Source of the DNA: a virus
Direction: 5' to 3' (one strand)
Virus record (IMG/VR): IMGVR_UViG_3300028590_000011
Location: 1 to 64,000 of that record
Length of the DNA: 64,000 bases
Below the pieces are notes generated by a model, which was given only the letters and a program-made list of their open reading frames with translations, was not told the origin of the DNA and ran no database searches. Shown here one piece after another: positions 55,081 to 64,000 of the stretch. Every line of letters begins with the position of its first letter. Position 1 is the stretch's first letter. Position numbers and translations under genes: made by a program.

Positions 55081-56046
55081 TCACTCTCCCATCGGTGTAC
55101 GCATCCCGCGCCCGTGGATGGAGAAGCCGGTGCGCTCACCGTTCTTCACCTTGCTCCACAGTTCGGGGTCGTTGATCTGGTAGCCAACCCACCAGCCAAC
55201 CGGCATCTCCTCAGGGAGACCCAGCGCCTTCTTCTTCTCCGGGGTCACTACAAAGGACTCGATCATGTCCGACTTGTGCACCGGAGCATCACCGTCGCGT
55301 AGGTGCATGTCGCCACCCTTGCGGGACTTGTGCACGTACTCGTACGCGGACTTCTCTACCTCGCTGATGGAGATGTAGTCGCCCTGGAGATCGACCACTG
55401 GCTCGCCGTTCATCTCCACGATGGAGGCCCAGCCGAAGACCTGCTGCTTGTCGGAGTCGACCTTGGAGATCTCACCCTCCCAGCGCACGTCGAACTCATC
55501 AGCCTTCTTGGAGACCTGGGACTTCAGCCGGATCATCCCCTGCTTCGTCCCGCACTTGACCTTGGTCTCGACATGGTTCCCAGCCTTGGTGAGCACCTTG
55601 CGCTTCAGGGCACCGGTGGAGATGTGCAACTCCGACTGATCCGGGCTGGCCTTGTGGACCCTGGCCTTCTTGGGCTTGCTCGATGCAGAACGTGCGAGCA
55701 CGCGGTTGGCGACAGCGTCTCCGGCGATGTTAGCCACCTGGAGACCGAGAGCGCCACCAGCCAGCGCTGCGCCCGTCTTACCAGCCTTGGACGAGATCGG
55801 CTTCGGGATCTTCTGACCCGTCGCGTAGATCTTCCGAGAGAGCTTCCCGCCCTCCTTGAACCGGTCGTCGCGCAGAGCGGCAGCAGTACCAGCCACACCC
55901 GCACCGAGGCCAACGATGTTCGAGGCGAGACCCACCTGGGCCTGTCGCTTCTCGCGCTTGGCCTGAGCGTCCATCTTGGCCACAAGGTCGTCAGCGCCGC
56001 CTCCATACAGAAGGTTCGCTACCTCACGGAACGCATCAGTGCTCAT
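55081..56046 (-). CDS. XkdF-like capsid maturation protease with N-terminal extension
   Basis: QVFGWA, D.QGD.I, MH, GWWVG, W..VKNGE.TGFSI.G. Confidence 0.8.
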   Translation of the reverse strand: MSTDAFREVANLLYGGGADDLVAKMDAQAKREKRQAQVGLASNIVGLGAGVAGTAAALRDDRFKEGGKLSRKIYATGQKIPKPISSKAGKTGAALAGGALGLQVANIAGDAVANRVLARSASSKPKKARVHKASPDQSELHISTGALKRKVLTKAGNHVETKVKCGTKQGMIRLKSQVSKKADEFDVRWEGEISKVDSDKQQVFGWASIVEMNGEPVVDLQGDYISISEVEKSAYEYVHKSRKGGDMHLRDGDAPVHKSDMIESFVVTPEKKKALGLPEEMPVGWWVGYQINDPELWSKVKNGERTGFSIHGRGMRTPMGE

Positions 56047-56068
56047 GTTCCTATCGTCCTTCCCTGCG

Positions 56069-58051
56069 CTACTCATCGTGATCACCGAACTCCTCCATCT
56101 CCACGTCCGGGAGTGCATCGAACACCGGGAAGAAGAACCGGTTGTTCGCGGTGCCTACGCGCTGCTTGGTGTCTTCCAGTACGTAGTCGCCTTCGGTGAC
56201 CCAACTCTCCAGCCCGTTCCGAGTCGGAGCATCAGCCTGGTAGGTCCTACCCAGCGAGGAGTCATGACCCTCGTCCAAGCGCAGGACCATGAAGGTCAGG
56301 TTGTCTGGGTTGACCCCCCACTCCCGAGCCAGTTCGCCGTAGGTGATCTGGTCAGGCATCTTGTAGTCAGGAACTCCACCTTCAGTGGTGTACCAGTCCA
56401 GGTTGATCTTGGTGTTCTCGCCAGTCCAGTCCGGGTCGCCGTTGGCGTTCCCAGAAGCGATGGCTTCTACCAGAGCGAAGATGTCATCATCCTCGATGAA
56501 GGCGTGGTACTTGTTGCCGTCCTCGCCGTACATCTCGACCATGCCGCCCGTGTGGTCCTTGATGGACTCGTACTCGTCCATGATCGCCTCATCGAGGCGC
56601 TGCACTGCTCGCTCTGCGATCAGCACCTCGTCCGGGCTCCACACTATGCTGCTGTTGGCGTTCAGGTAGTCGTTGTAGGTGCTCAACTCATGCGGCGTGA
56701 CGACTGTGTACACGGGGTACTGCTTGCCGTTCTCAGACTGGATCTTGACCGTAGGCGAGTAGAAGACTCGGTTCCTCGGCTTCTCCAGCGCCTTCAGTCG
56801 AACCAGGTCACGGGCCACATCCTCGGTCAGCGCCAGCTTCTGGAGCGGAGGCATCCCCAATCGGGTCTTGGTCTGCTCCTCGCGACCGAGTGAGACCTTC
56901 TCCGCAGTCTTATCGCTCAGCGAGACATGTTCGATCGGAGTCAGACGGACCTTTCGCTGAGGAGACAGACGAACTTTGCGATCCTCAGAGAGCCGTACCT
57001 TCTGCTCCGGCTCCAGCCTGACCTTCTCCTGCTCTCGGATCACCGGCTCAGCGTCGCGCACGCGCTGCGCTTCTCCTACCAGGTTGTCCAGGAAGGCCGA
57101 AGGCTTGTCCTGGGTCTTGACCGCGAACCGTCCGTCCGAGGTGCGCTTGTACTCGTCGTCGTACCAGCGATCCGCCTTGGAGACGATCGGGTCTACAACC
57201 TTCACCTCGCACCGGCAGTTGGGGTGAACACCGGGAACCCACATCTCGATCTTGTTGGGCAGCACGAAGCGCTCGCTGACGCCCACTCGCTTGCCGTGCA
57301 TCGGGCCGCAGATGGCGCAGGTCTTCTCGTCCTTGGCCGTCAGCCAGACCTTCTCGGCCTCAGCTGAGAGAGCCCCGTGATCCTGCATCCAGAGCCACGC
57401 CGTCTGCTTCGCCTGGAGGTCGAGGTTGTGAACCTCCTGCTTAGCGAACACCTTCAGGCGGCTCCTGATGGAGCGACCGATGTACTCCCTGACCATCTGC
57501 TTGGCAGACATAGGCTGCGCGCTGGTGATCTTCTTCTTCACGTCCAACGCAACGTAGCCACTCATCTGGCGAGGAGTGAGCCCGTACGCGTCCAGCGCCC
57601 GGTCCGCAGCAACGCGGACAGGAAGCTGACGATTGACGAAGGAGTTGAACCCCTGGAGCAGCGCGTCCTTGGAGGTGGCATCGAAGTACTCACCGATCCG
57701 GCGAGTGTGCTGCTCAGCCAGTGCGTAGATAGTCGTCATTGGCACATCGCCAGCGCCAGCAGCGCGGTACGCGCGCACGTACGCCTCAGCAGCAGCCGGA
57801 CCGAGGATCGCGTTCTTCCGACCCAGGAACAGAGCCGAAGCCTGGTCCAGGAGAGCCACCAGTCGAGATCCAGTGATCTCTGGCTCCTTGGCGATCTGCT
57901 CCTTGATGTAGTTGATGACCAGCAACCGGTGCGACATCAGTGCCGAGTGGATCATCTCCTCCAGGCTGCCGAGGTGCTTCTCGTCTGCACGCTTCAGAGC
58001 CCCCACCGCAAGGTCAGGGGCTAGAAGCTCTACATAGGGAGCAGTGGTCAC
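56069..58051 (-). CDS. MuF/SPP1 gp7-like head morphogenesis protein with C-terminal extension
   Basis: KVWLTAKDEKTCAIC..MHG...HPNCRC. Confidence 0.8.
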   Translation of the reverse strand: MTTAPYVELLAPDLAVGALKRADEKHLGSLEEMIHSALMSHRLLVINYIKEQIAKEPEITGSRLVALLDQASALFLGRKNAILGPAAAEAYVRAYRAAGAGDVPMTTIYALAEQHTRRIGEYFDATSKDALLQGFNSFVNRQLPVRVAADRALDAYGLTPRQMSGYVALDVKKKITSAQPMSAKQMVREYIGRSIRSRLKVFAKQEVHNLDLQAKQTAWLWMQDHGALSAEAEKVWLTAKDEKTCAICGPMHGKRVGVSERFVLPNKIEMWVPGVHPNCRCEVKVVDPIVSKADRWYDDEYKRTSDGRFAVKTQDKPSAFLDNLVGEAQRVRDAEPVIREQEKVRLEPEQKVRLSEDRKVRLSPQRKVRLTPIEHVSLSDKTAEKVSLGREEQTKTRLGMPPLQKLALTEDVARDLVRLKALEKPRNRVFYSPTVKIQSENGKQYPVYTVVTPHELSTYNDYLNANSSIVWSPDEVLIAERAVQRLDEAIMDEYESIKDHTGGMVEMYGEDGNKYHAFIEDDDIFALVEAIASGNANGDPDWTGENTKINLDWYTTEGGVPDYKMPDQITYGELAREWGVNPDNLTFMVLRLDEGHDSSLGRTYQADAPTRNGLESWVTEGDYVLEDTKQRVGTANNRFFFPVFDALPDVEMEEFGDHDE

Positions 58052-61000
58052 TGGGACTTCCGCTTGTCGGCGTACATCTCCATGGTGAGCCTCTCGGCTT
58101 CCTTGACAGTGTCAGCCCCGCCGAACACACCGCCACGGAGGTCTTCCACATCCTCATGCGACTTCACTCGCTGCCGCTCATCGTGCAGAGCCTGAGCGGC
58201 GATGTAGAGAGTGTCAGCAGCGTTGTCGTTACCCAAGTCGGCGTAATACTGAGCAGCCTTCTCGAACTCGCTGATGAGCGTCGACACTCGACCCTGGGGC
58301 CGGAGCTTCTCCTCAGCGGTCACAGGAGCGTTTCGGATGACGATGTCTCCCGACTCCTGGCGCATGGTCCCCTCAGGGCCCTGTCCGTCCTTCAGCGCGC
58401 GCATCCGGTGCACCGTCTCCAGTTGCGCGGTGATCTGCTTCGGGTCAGAGACCAGTCGGGTCACGACCGGCGAGTTACGCACGACCTGGAGATCACGAAG
58501 CAGTTCCACACGGTCCATCGCAGGCAGGTCGTCCGGACCCTGACCGAGGAAGGTACGCATCTCCTTCAGGACGTTGTACTCGTCCTTCAGCTCAGCCTCG
58601 TTCATCTCAGAGAGTGGCTTGTCGTGCCGTACGCCACCCGAGTCGATCTTCTTCATCTCGGCCATCCGAGCGCTCAGATCAGCACCGGTCTCGTAGGCAG
58701 CACCAGAGAAGGCGAAGGGCTTGTCGCCCCAGACCCCAGCCACATCAGCGCCGTACTCCTTGCGACCGACATGACCAGCAGCCACCTTGTACGCTGCACC
58801 AGCCTCACCGAGCCTGACGTTGGCGCTAACTGCGCGCGACACCAGCGAGTCGAACTTGGCCTGGTTCTCCGGCTGGGCCAGCTCCTCCGGGGTGAGGTTG
58901 AGAAGCTTGGCCTCTTCCTCGTTCGGCTCGATCCGGTCCTTCAGCACAGCCTGCACAGAGACCGCAGCCTCCGCGTAGTTCTGCGCCGCACGGCGCTCAG
59001 CCACCACGCTCTTGACCGACTTCTTCTGCTCACCGGTGGGGTTGAGCTGGAAGTTCTTCGCATCGAAGGGAGCAGGGCCATCCGGTGAGGGAGCGCCCCG
59101 TCGCGGACCACCGCTACCCCGACCACCCTGGTAGTCGGCCTCAGATGCCGAGAACTTCCCACCAACCATGGTGGGGTTGCGCTTGGCGTTACCGAACAGA
59201 CCAGCGGCTGCGTAGGTCGGGCGGTTGCGTCCCGGCTCCACGTAACCACGGTCGAGCGAGGTCTCCATGCGGTCCATGTGACGACGCGGGACAGCGTTGG
59301 CGTCCTTGATGTAGTACGGGAACTGCTCCTGGAGCGCGATGAGGGCAGCCTTGTAACCCTCGCCGTTCAGCCGGTACTTGTACTCCTTCTCGGCGGCGAG
59401 TTCGTTCATCACGTCGCCCATGAAGTCGTCCGCGTCCTTGCCCTGCGAGCCCTGAGCGCGCTGAGTAGCGATGAACCGGGCCAGCCGCTCGTCGTGGTCG
59501 CTCAGTTCCGGAGACGACTTGAACTCGTCCACGCGGCGGTTGATCTCGGTCTGGATGTCCTTACGCGGGGCGTACCCGCCCATCTCCTCCATGACCTCGG
59601 TCTTGATCGCCTCGCGGATCTCCGGGTTGAGAGACATCCGATCGACCTGCTCCGACTGCACTGCGTCGAGGAGCTGCTCATAGCGCCGAGTCATCCGGCG
59701 AGCTTTGTCGTTGTAGCGACGACCACCGGTGAAGTCCTGCTCGAACTCCATGGTGAAGACACCCGAACGAGAGACCACCGTGACCTGGCGAGCACCAGAC
59801 ATGAGACCGGTGTAGACATCCTCGGAGGTGAGGCCACCGACAGAGCGGTTGCGGATGTACTCCCCGCCCTTCAGACCCTTCAACTTGCGGAGGTTGAAGG
59901 GCAGATAGTGGTCGTCTCCATAGCCCACGGCCTGGTCTACGACCTTGCCGTCCTTGTCGATGATCACGCCCTCAGACGGAGGGGTGTTGCCCGAAGCGAG
60001 CTGGAGGTCGTAGAGCTTCTGGCTCGGAATCCTCCGCGACAGGTACTCGACCGCCACCGCCCGACCGTTGGCTCGCTCCTCCCAGGTAGGAGCGCGTCGC
60101 TCAGCCGAGATGCGGGCAGCAGCCATCTGCACCGGCGAGAGTTCCTGCGGGCGCTTCAGGTTGGCCTTCTTACCCTCCGGGGTGTTCCGGTACGGGTCGT
60201 TGGCAGTGGCCAACTTCGCATCGCGCATGGCGCGGTCCACAGCACCGACGACCACCTTGTCCGGGGTCTTGGAGGTGCCCCGGTAGCGGTAGGCGGTCTT
60301 ACGCGCCGAAGGGCCGAAGACAGCCTCAGCCTCCGAGCCATGGTCACCGACGAACTGAGCCATCCGCGCTGCGAGCTGAACCTTGGACCCAGCCGGAGCG
60401 ATCTCGCCGACGATCTTGGAGCCAGCGGACAGTCGTCCGTACAGACGCGCGTTCGAGTCCCGGCCGTCTACCTGCTGGTTCCAGTCCTGCTCGAAGGATC
60501 CGAAACCGGAGTCGACAGCGTTGATGCCGCGCATGGTCTCGTAGCGCTGCTTGGAGCCGTCCGCGCCCAGAGAAGTAGACAGACCGAAGTACGCCCCACC
60601 AGCGGTGAGCGCGTTCGGACGCGCATCCAGACCCACCAGGTCCTCGTGCTTGGGGTCCCACATCTTCGGGTCCGGTCGCGTCGAGGAGGTAGTGACGGTG
60701 TACACCTGGCCGTTGTGCTTGTTCCGGATGTGGGCGATCACGTCGCTGTCGCCGGGGTTGCGAGAGGACGCGTGAACGGCCCCGAGGAAGTTGGTCAGCT
60801 GCCGGTACTGGTCCTGGTAGGCAGCAGCACGACGCGGCGGGAGACCCTCGACATCCTTGCCATGCGGGAGCCCCATCGACTCAGCCGTACGCCCCTTGAT
60901 GGGCTTCACCTGAGAAGTGGTCACCTTGGCCCGGAACCGACCAGTGCCGGGGTCACGGCTGAAGTCGGACTCCTTGAACCGGTAGCCGTAGTCGTACGGG

Positions 61001-61317
61001 GTCGCCTTGGAGATCTCCGAGAGAGCCTTGGCGAACTCCACAGCGCCGTCCGTGTCCTTGGCAGCAGCACGCATCGTGGCGCGCTTCAGCACCTCCACGC
61101 GCTTGGAGATGACCTTGTTCAGGTGACGCTGGAGAACGGGCAGATTCTTCTCGATCGTCTCTTCGACCATGTCGTTGGCGACGTGGTAGCAGAACTCGCG
61201 AGCCTCTTCCTCGTCCATCTTCATGATGAGGTCGTAGACCTTCTGGGCAGCCTTGTAGTTGAAGTCCGGGTTGTCGGACTTGAAGATCGAACCGCGCTCG
61301 ATCGGCGTGAGAGTCAC
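58048..61317 (-). CDS. Large (1089 aa) putative virion protein with a JAB-like segment
   Basis: Coupled between portal and MuF. Confidence 0.7.
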   Translation of the reverse strand: MTLTPIERGSIFKSDNPDFNYKAAQKVYDLIMKMDEEEAREFCYHVANDMVEETIEKNLPVLQRHLNKVISKRVEVLKRATMRAAAKDTDGAVEFAKALSEISKATPYDYGYRFKESDFSRDPGTGRFRAKVTTSQVKPIKGRTAESMGLPHGKDVEGLPPRRAAAYQDQYRQLTNFLGAVHASSRNPGDSDVIAHIRNKHNGQVYTVTTSSTRPDPKMWDPKHEDLVGLDARPNALTAGGAYFGLSTSLGADGSKQRYETMRGINAVDSGFGSFEQDWNQQVDGRDSNARLYGRLSAGSKIVGEIAPAGSKVQLAARMAQFVGDHGSEAEAVFGPSARKTAYRYRGTSKTPDKVVVGAVDRAMRDAKLATANDPYRNTPEGKKANLKRPQELSPVQMAAARISAERRAPTWEERANGRAVAVEYLSRRIPSQKLYDLQLASGNTPPSEGVIIDKDGKVVDQAVGYGDDHYLPFNLRKLKGLKGGEYIRNRSVGGLTSEDVYTGLMSGARQVTVVSRSGVFTMEFEQDFTGGRRYNDKARRMTRRYEQLLDAVQSEQVDRMSLNPEIREAIKTEVMEEMGGYAPRKDIQTEINRRVDEFKSSPELSDHDERLARFIATQRAQGSQGKDADDFMGDVMNELAAEKEYKYRLNGEGYKAALIALQEQFPYYIKDANAVPRRHMDRMETSLDRGYVEPGRNRPTYAAAGLFGNAKRNPTMVGGKFSASEADYQGGRGSGGPRRGAPSPDGPAPFDAKNFQLNPTGEQKKSVKSVVAERRAAQNYAEAAVSVQAVLKDRIEPNEEEAKLLNLTPEELAQPENQAKFDSLVSRAVSANVRLGEAGAAYKVAAGHVGRKEYGADVAGVWGDKPFAFSGAAYETGADLSARMAEMKKIDSGGVRHDKPLSEMNEAELKDEYNVLKEMRTFLGQGPDDLPAMDRVELLRDLQVVRNSPVVTRLVSDPKQITAQLETVHRMRALKDGQGPEGTMRQESGDIVIRNAPVTAEEKLRPQGRVSTLISEFEKAAQYYADLGNDNAADTLYIAAQALHDERQRVKSHEDVEDLRGGVFGGADTVKEAERLTMEMYADKRKSQ

Positions 61318-63158
61318 TTCTTACCGTCCTTCTTGGGTGCGGGCTTCTTGGCAGCCTCGCGCTGCTTGATCTTCAACTGCTCCATCGCGCGCTGGTGCTT
61401 CTTCTGCTCAACGGCTTCCTGGAGAGTCATCTTCTCCTTCTCGCGCTTCAGGCCAGAGTCGGCGCTCCGCTCTTGGAGAGCCATCTTCTCCTTCTCGCGA
61501 GCGTGCTGCTTCTCAGCGTTGGGGTCCTCAGGCGGCGGCTGGTTCTGCATAGCCAACTGCTGCTGCTCCTTGGCCTCGTCCATCTGGCCGACCGGGTGCT
61601 GACGACGGATCAGCTCCGCGTCCATCTCATCGCTGGCCATCTGCTGCTGCATCTCGGGCGTCGGCATGTTCTGGACCTGGTCAGCCTGCTCCGGGCTGTA
61701 GCCCTGGGCTGCCATCTCCGCACGCTGCTGGAGACCGATGAGACCCATCTGAGAGTCAGCGAACTGCATCGCCTGCTCCTGGACGAGCATCTGCCGCTTG
61801 AACTCCTCGGACTCCGGAGTCATCTCCGGGAGGCGAGCGATGTCGCGAACGAACTTCTCCAGCTCCGGGTCCGGGAACCACTGCATACCGGCACCAGCCG
61901 TAGCCGAGATGAAGCCAGCGAGCTGGTTCAGGTCAGGCGGGTCGATGTCGGTGGGCTCGAACTTGGGCAGTTCGTCCAGCTTCCAGCCGTTCACTGCGAA
62001 CAGCTTGGGGACCAGGTGTCGATTCAAGGTGTCCGCGATCGACTTCACGATGGCGTTCAGGGCAGCCCGGAAGATGCCCGTCTTGTCAGTGTGCAGTGAG
62101 TAGGAGCCGACCTGCTGGTGGCCCACCAGGATGAAGTCCGCGAGAACGCTCATCAGGATGCGCTGCTCGTACCGCTGGATGATCGAGTTGGTGTCGAACT
62201 GACGCGAGCCCGAGGAACTCATCAGCTCGAAGTCGAAGAGCGGCTGCTTGGTGTCCCGGTCGTACTGGACAGGGAGGACCAGGCCCTCGTTCTCGTCCCT
62301 GCGCACGCCACGGACCATCTTACGAAAGGCCTCGACCGTCTTGGCCTGGTCGGTACCAGGCTGCGCCTTCATGAACTCGGCAGGCACCTTAGCGACCGGC
62401 ATACCCGCGAGGTCACGCTCGACACCGATGGCCTCGAACTCCTCCAGGCGCTTCTTGAAGTACCAGGAGCGGTAGGCGGTGCGGAGCAGGCTGACGCCCT
62501 CCGGGTTGCCCTTGGCGATCGAGGTACGGAACAGCAGCGACTTCTCGATCGGGATGACAGTGGTCTGGTAGACCGGGGGTGCCATCTGCACCATGGACTT
62601 GATCCCGCCCGACTCATCGAAGGACCAGCGGAGCATGGTCTCCTGCGAGCGAATGGGCATCTTGCGGATGCCGAACTTCCCATCCGTGTGCTTGGAGCGC
62701 TTCGACGGGTCCTTCTCCCAGGGTCCGACCCTCTTCTTGAAGACGATCTCGTGCCAACTCCACCCGTAGGTGAGCATGGAGAGAACCTCACCGATGAAGT
62801 CGTCCCAGGAGTGGCTCATGTCGTCCATGCAGGACTCCAGGAACTCCTTGGCAGCCTCAGCATCCTTGCCGTTCTCCGGAGGCAGGACGTTCCACTCCAC
62901 CTCGCGGATCAGCTTGTCGATAGCGAACAGCAGCGACCCCACCATGGAGTCGTTGGTCGACATCTCGCGGTAGACCTTGACTGCCTTGCGACCTCGGAGT
63001 GCCGGGAGGAACTCCTCATCGATATAGCCCGCGACGCGCTTGACACCCGTGACACCCAGCTCCTGGAGCGGGCCAACGTTCTTCGGGACTTCGTCTCCGA
63101 CGTTGTCGTCATAGCCACGGTCGCCCATCGGCAGGCCCTCGGGCAGTCGTGTCGTCAT
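61314..63158 (-). CDS. Portal protein
   Basis: GNPEG.SLLR.AY..W.FK; follows the terminase. Confidence 0.88.
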   Translation of the reverse strand: MTTRLPEGLPMGDRGYDDNVGDEVPKNVGPLQELGVTGVKRVAGYIDEEFLPALRGRKAVKVYREMSTNDSMVGSLLFAIDKLIREVEWNVLPPENGKDAEAAKEFLESCMDDMSHSWDDFIGEVLSMLTYGWSWHEIVFKKRVGPWEKDPSKRSKHTDGKFGIRKMPIRSQETMLRWSFDESGGIKSMVQMAPPVYQTTVIPIEKSLLFRTSIAKGNPEGVSLLRTAYRSWYFKKRLEEFEAIGVERDLAGMPVAKVPAEFMKAQPGTDQAKTVEAFRKMVRGVRRDENEGLVLPVQYDRDTKQPLFDFELMSSSGSRQFDTNSIIQRYEQRILMSVLADFILVGHQQVGSYSLHTDKTGIFRAALNAIVKSIADTLNRHLVPKLFAVNGWKLDELPKFEPTDIDPPDLNQLAGFISATAGAGMQWFPDPELEKFVRDIARLPEMTPESEEFKRQMLVQEQAMQFADSQMGLIGLQQRAEMAAQGYSPEQADQVQNMPTPEMQQQMASDEMDAELIRRQHPVGQMDEAKEQQQLAMQNQPPPEDPNAEKQHAREKEKMALQERSADSGLKREKEKMTLQEAVEQKKHQRAMEQLKIKQREAAKKPAPKKDGKK

Positions 63159-63184
63159 ACTCTCAGTCTCCCTACGTCAACCAC

Positions 63185-64000
63185 TCACACCATGAGGGTG
63201 AACTCTTGTTCTGCGGCTGCTGTCTTGTTCTGTACGCCGCCGATGTTCCAGGACGATCCGGTCCGAGACGAAGCGTGGTTCTGCTCCATCTCCTTCTCCA
63301 TCCAGTTCGGCTCCTGGCTGTTCGGAAGCACCATCGGCTGGACCGCAACCGCCCGCCGAGACACCAGGTTCCAGGCTAGAGCCATCGAGCAGACTTCGTC
63401 GGGAAGGTGGAACTCCTTGCCCCGCGAGTACACGTCCTCGACCGAACAGTAGAGGTGGGCCTTGTAGTAGGAGTTGATCCGGGGCGAGACGATCTTGTTG
63501 TTCTCCACCGCCGAGATGTACTCGCTCAGCATGTTGTCGCGCTGAGCACCGGTCATCAGGAAGCCGTACGCACGGTTGTCGATGTAGTCCGCGATCACAC
63601 CACCGAGACCAGTGGCATCGTGGATGCCCTCCGCGTGGTACTTCTTCATCAGCTCGTTGTACCGCCCGATCATCACCGGGTAGGGGCGACGCCGCATCCG
63701 GAGCATGTACACCGGGCGCACTGGGAGTGAGGTCGCATCCAGCACGGTGATGACCGTGAAGTCCTGCGCCTTGGCCCAGTCAGCCGCGATGACGTACTCA
63801 CGGTCCATCCGATGCTCCTCGAACAGGTACTCCTCGTAGTCCTTCTGGACCTTCTGCCACAGTGGACGGGGCTCGATGGAGAAGGTCTCCTCCACCTTGT
63901 TCGAGTCGAAGGCACGGTTGCCGATGGAAGGCTCACCGAGCTCGTACTCGACTCGCCACATCTCGGCAGGGATCTCGCGCTTCTTCTGCTCGATGAACGC
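63185..64000 (-). CDS. Terminase large subunit, C-terminal nuclease part (partial)
   Basis: ADWAKAQDFTV, DATGLG, HLPDEVCS.ALA. Confidence 0.88.
   Translation of the reverse strand, partial: AFIEQKKREIPAEMWRVEYELGEPSIGNRAFDSNKVEETFSIEPRPLWQKVQKDYEEYLFEEHRMDREYVIAADWAKAQDFTVITVLDATSLPVRPVYMLRMRRRPYPVMIGRYNELMKKYHAEGIHDATGLGGVIADYIDNRAYGFLMTGAQRDNMLSEYISAVENNKIVSPRINSYYKAHLYCSVEDVYSRGKEFHLPDEVCSMALAWNLVSRRAVAVQPMVLPNSQEPNWMEKEMEQNHASSRTGSSWNIGGVQNKTAAAEQEFTLMV

Larger units (their letters stand above)
1..64000. mobile_element. Tailed bacteriophage genome segment (siphovirus-like, probable actinobacteriophage)
   Basis: Ordered terminase-portal-protease-capsid-tail-tape measure module plus a phage replication module; no host housekeeping genes seen. 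Confidence 0.97.

Noticed and set aside
56860-57030. DNA tandem repeat or mini-CRISPR
   Set aside because: Repeats are conserved at the amino-acid level only, inside a coding frame
1-64000. Integrated prophage
   Set aside because: No integrase, att site or host genes in the window; lifestyle cannot be determined from this segment

Overview
The whole window is part of a high-GC tailed (siphovirus-type) bacteriophage genome, most likely infecting an actinobacterium (WhiB gene, actinobacterial TAGGGT-type promoters). There are three blocks. (1) 1-13039, minus strand: an EEP-domain protein, a terminase-small-subunit-like HTH protein, WhiB, RuvC, a Cas4-like exonuclease, HNH, a DnaE-type (family C) DNA polymerase, SSB, primase and DnaB. 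(2) After a structured divergent control region (13040-13750), about 60 short plus-strand accessory genes (13757-35832), including a HicA-like protein, vWA, AAA+ ATPase, ParB-like protein and tandem paralogs, punctuated by promoter-hairpin cassettes. (3) 36008-64000, minus-strand virion module: terminase (partial), portal, a 1089-aa protein, MuF, XkdF-type protease, scaffold, capsid, connectors, tail with a -1 frameshift chaperone, and a tape measure with an M23 domain. No integrase, lysin, tRNA or CRISPR array was seen. Two candidate systems stand out. (a) A virion cargo system: five basic Gly/Ala-rich head-module proteins share a terminal SAFG[VI]xH tag, alongside recurrent [IVLF]-x-K-[AS] putative protease sites and a protease apparently split over two genes. 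(b) An 84-aa protein ending in LVGG next to a protein with an E2-like HGNV...GRIC motif, a possible ubiquitin-like conjugation module. Several small structured RNAs and a possible antisense element against the dnaB ribosome-binding site are also candidates. All functional calls are from motif recognition by eye; no database searches were run.
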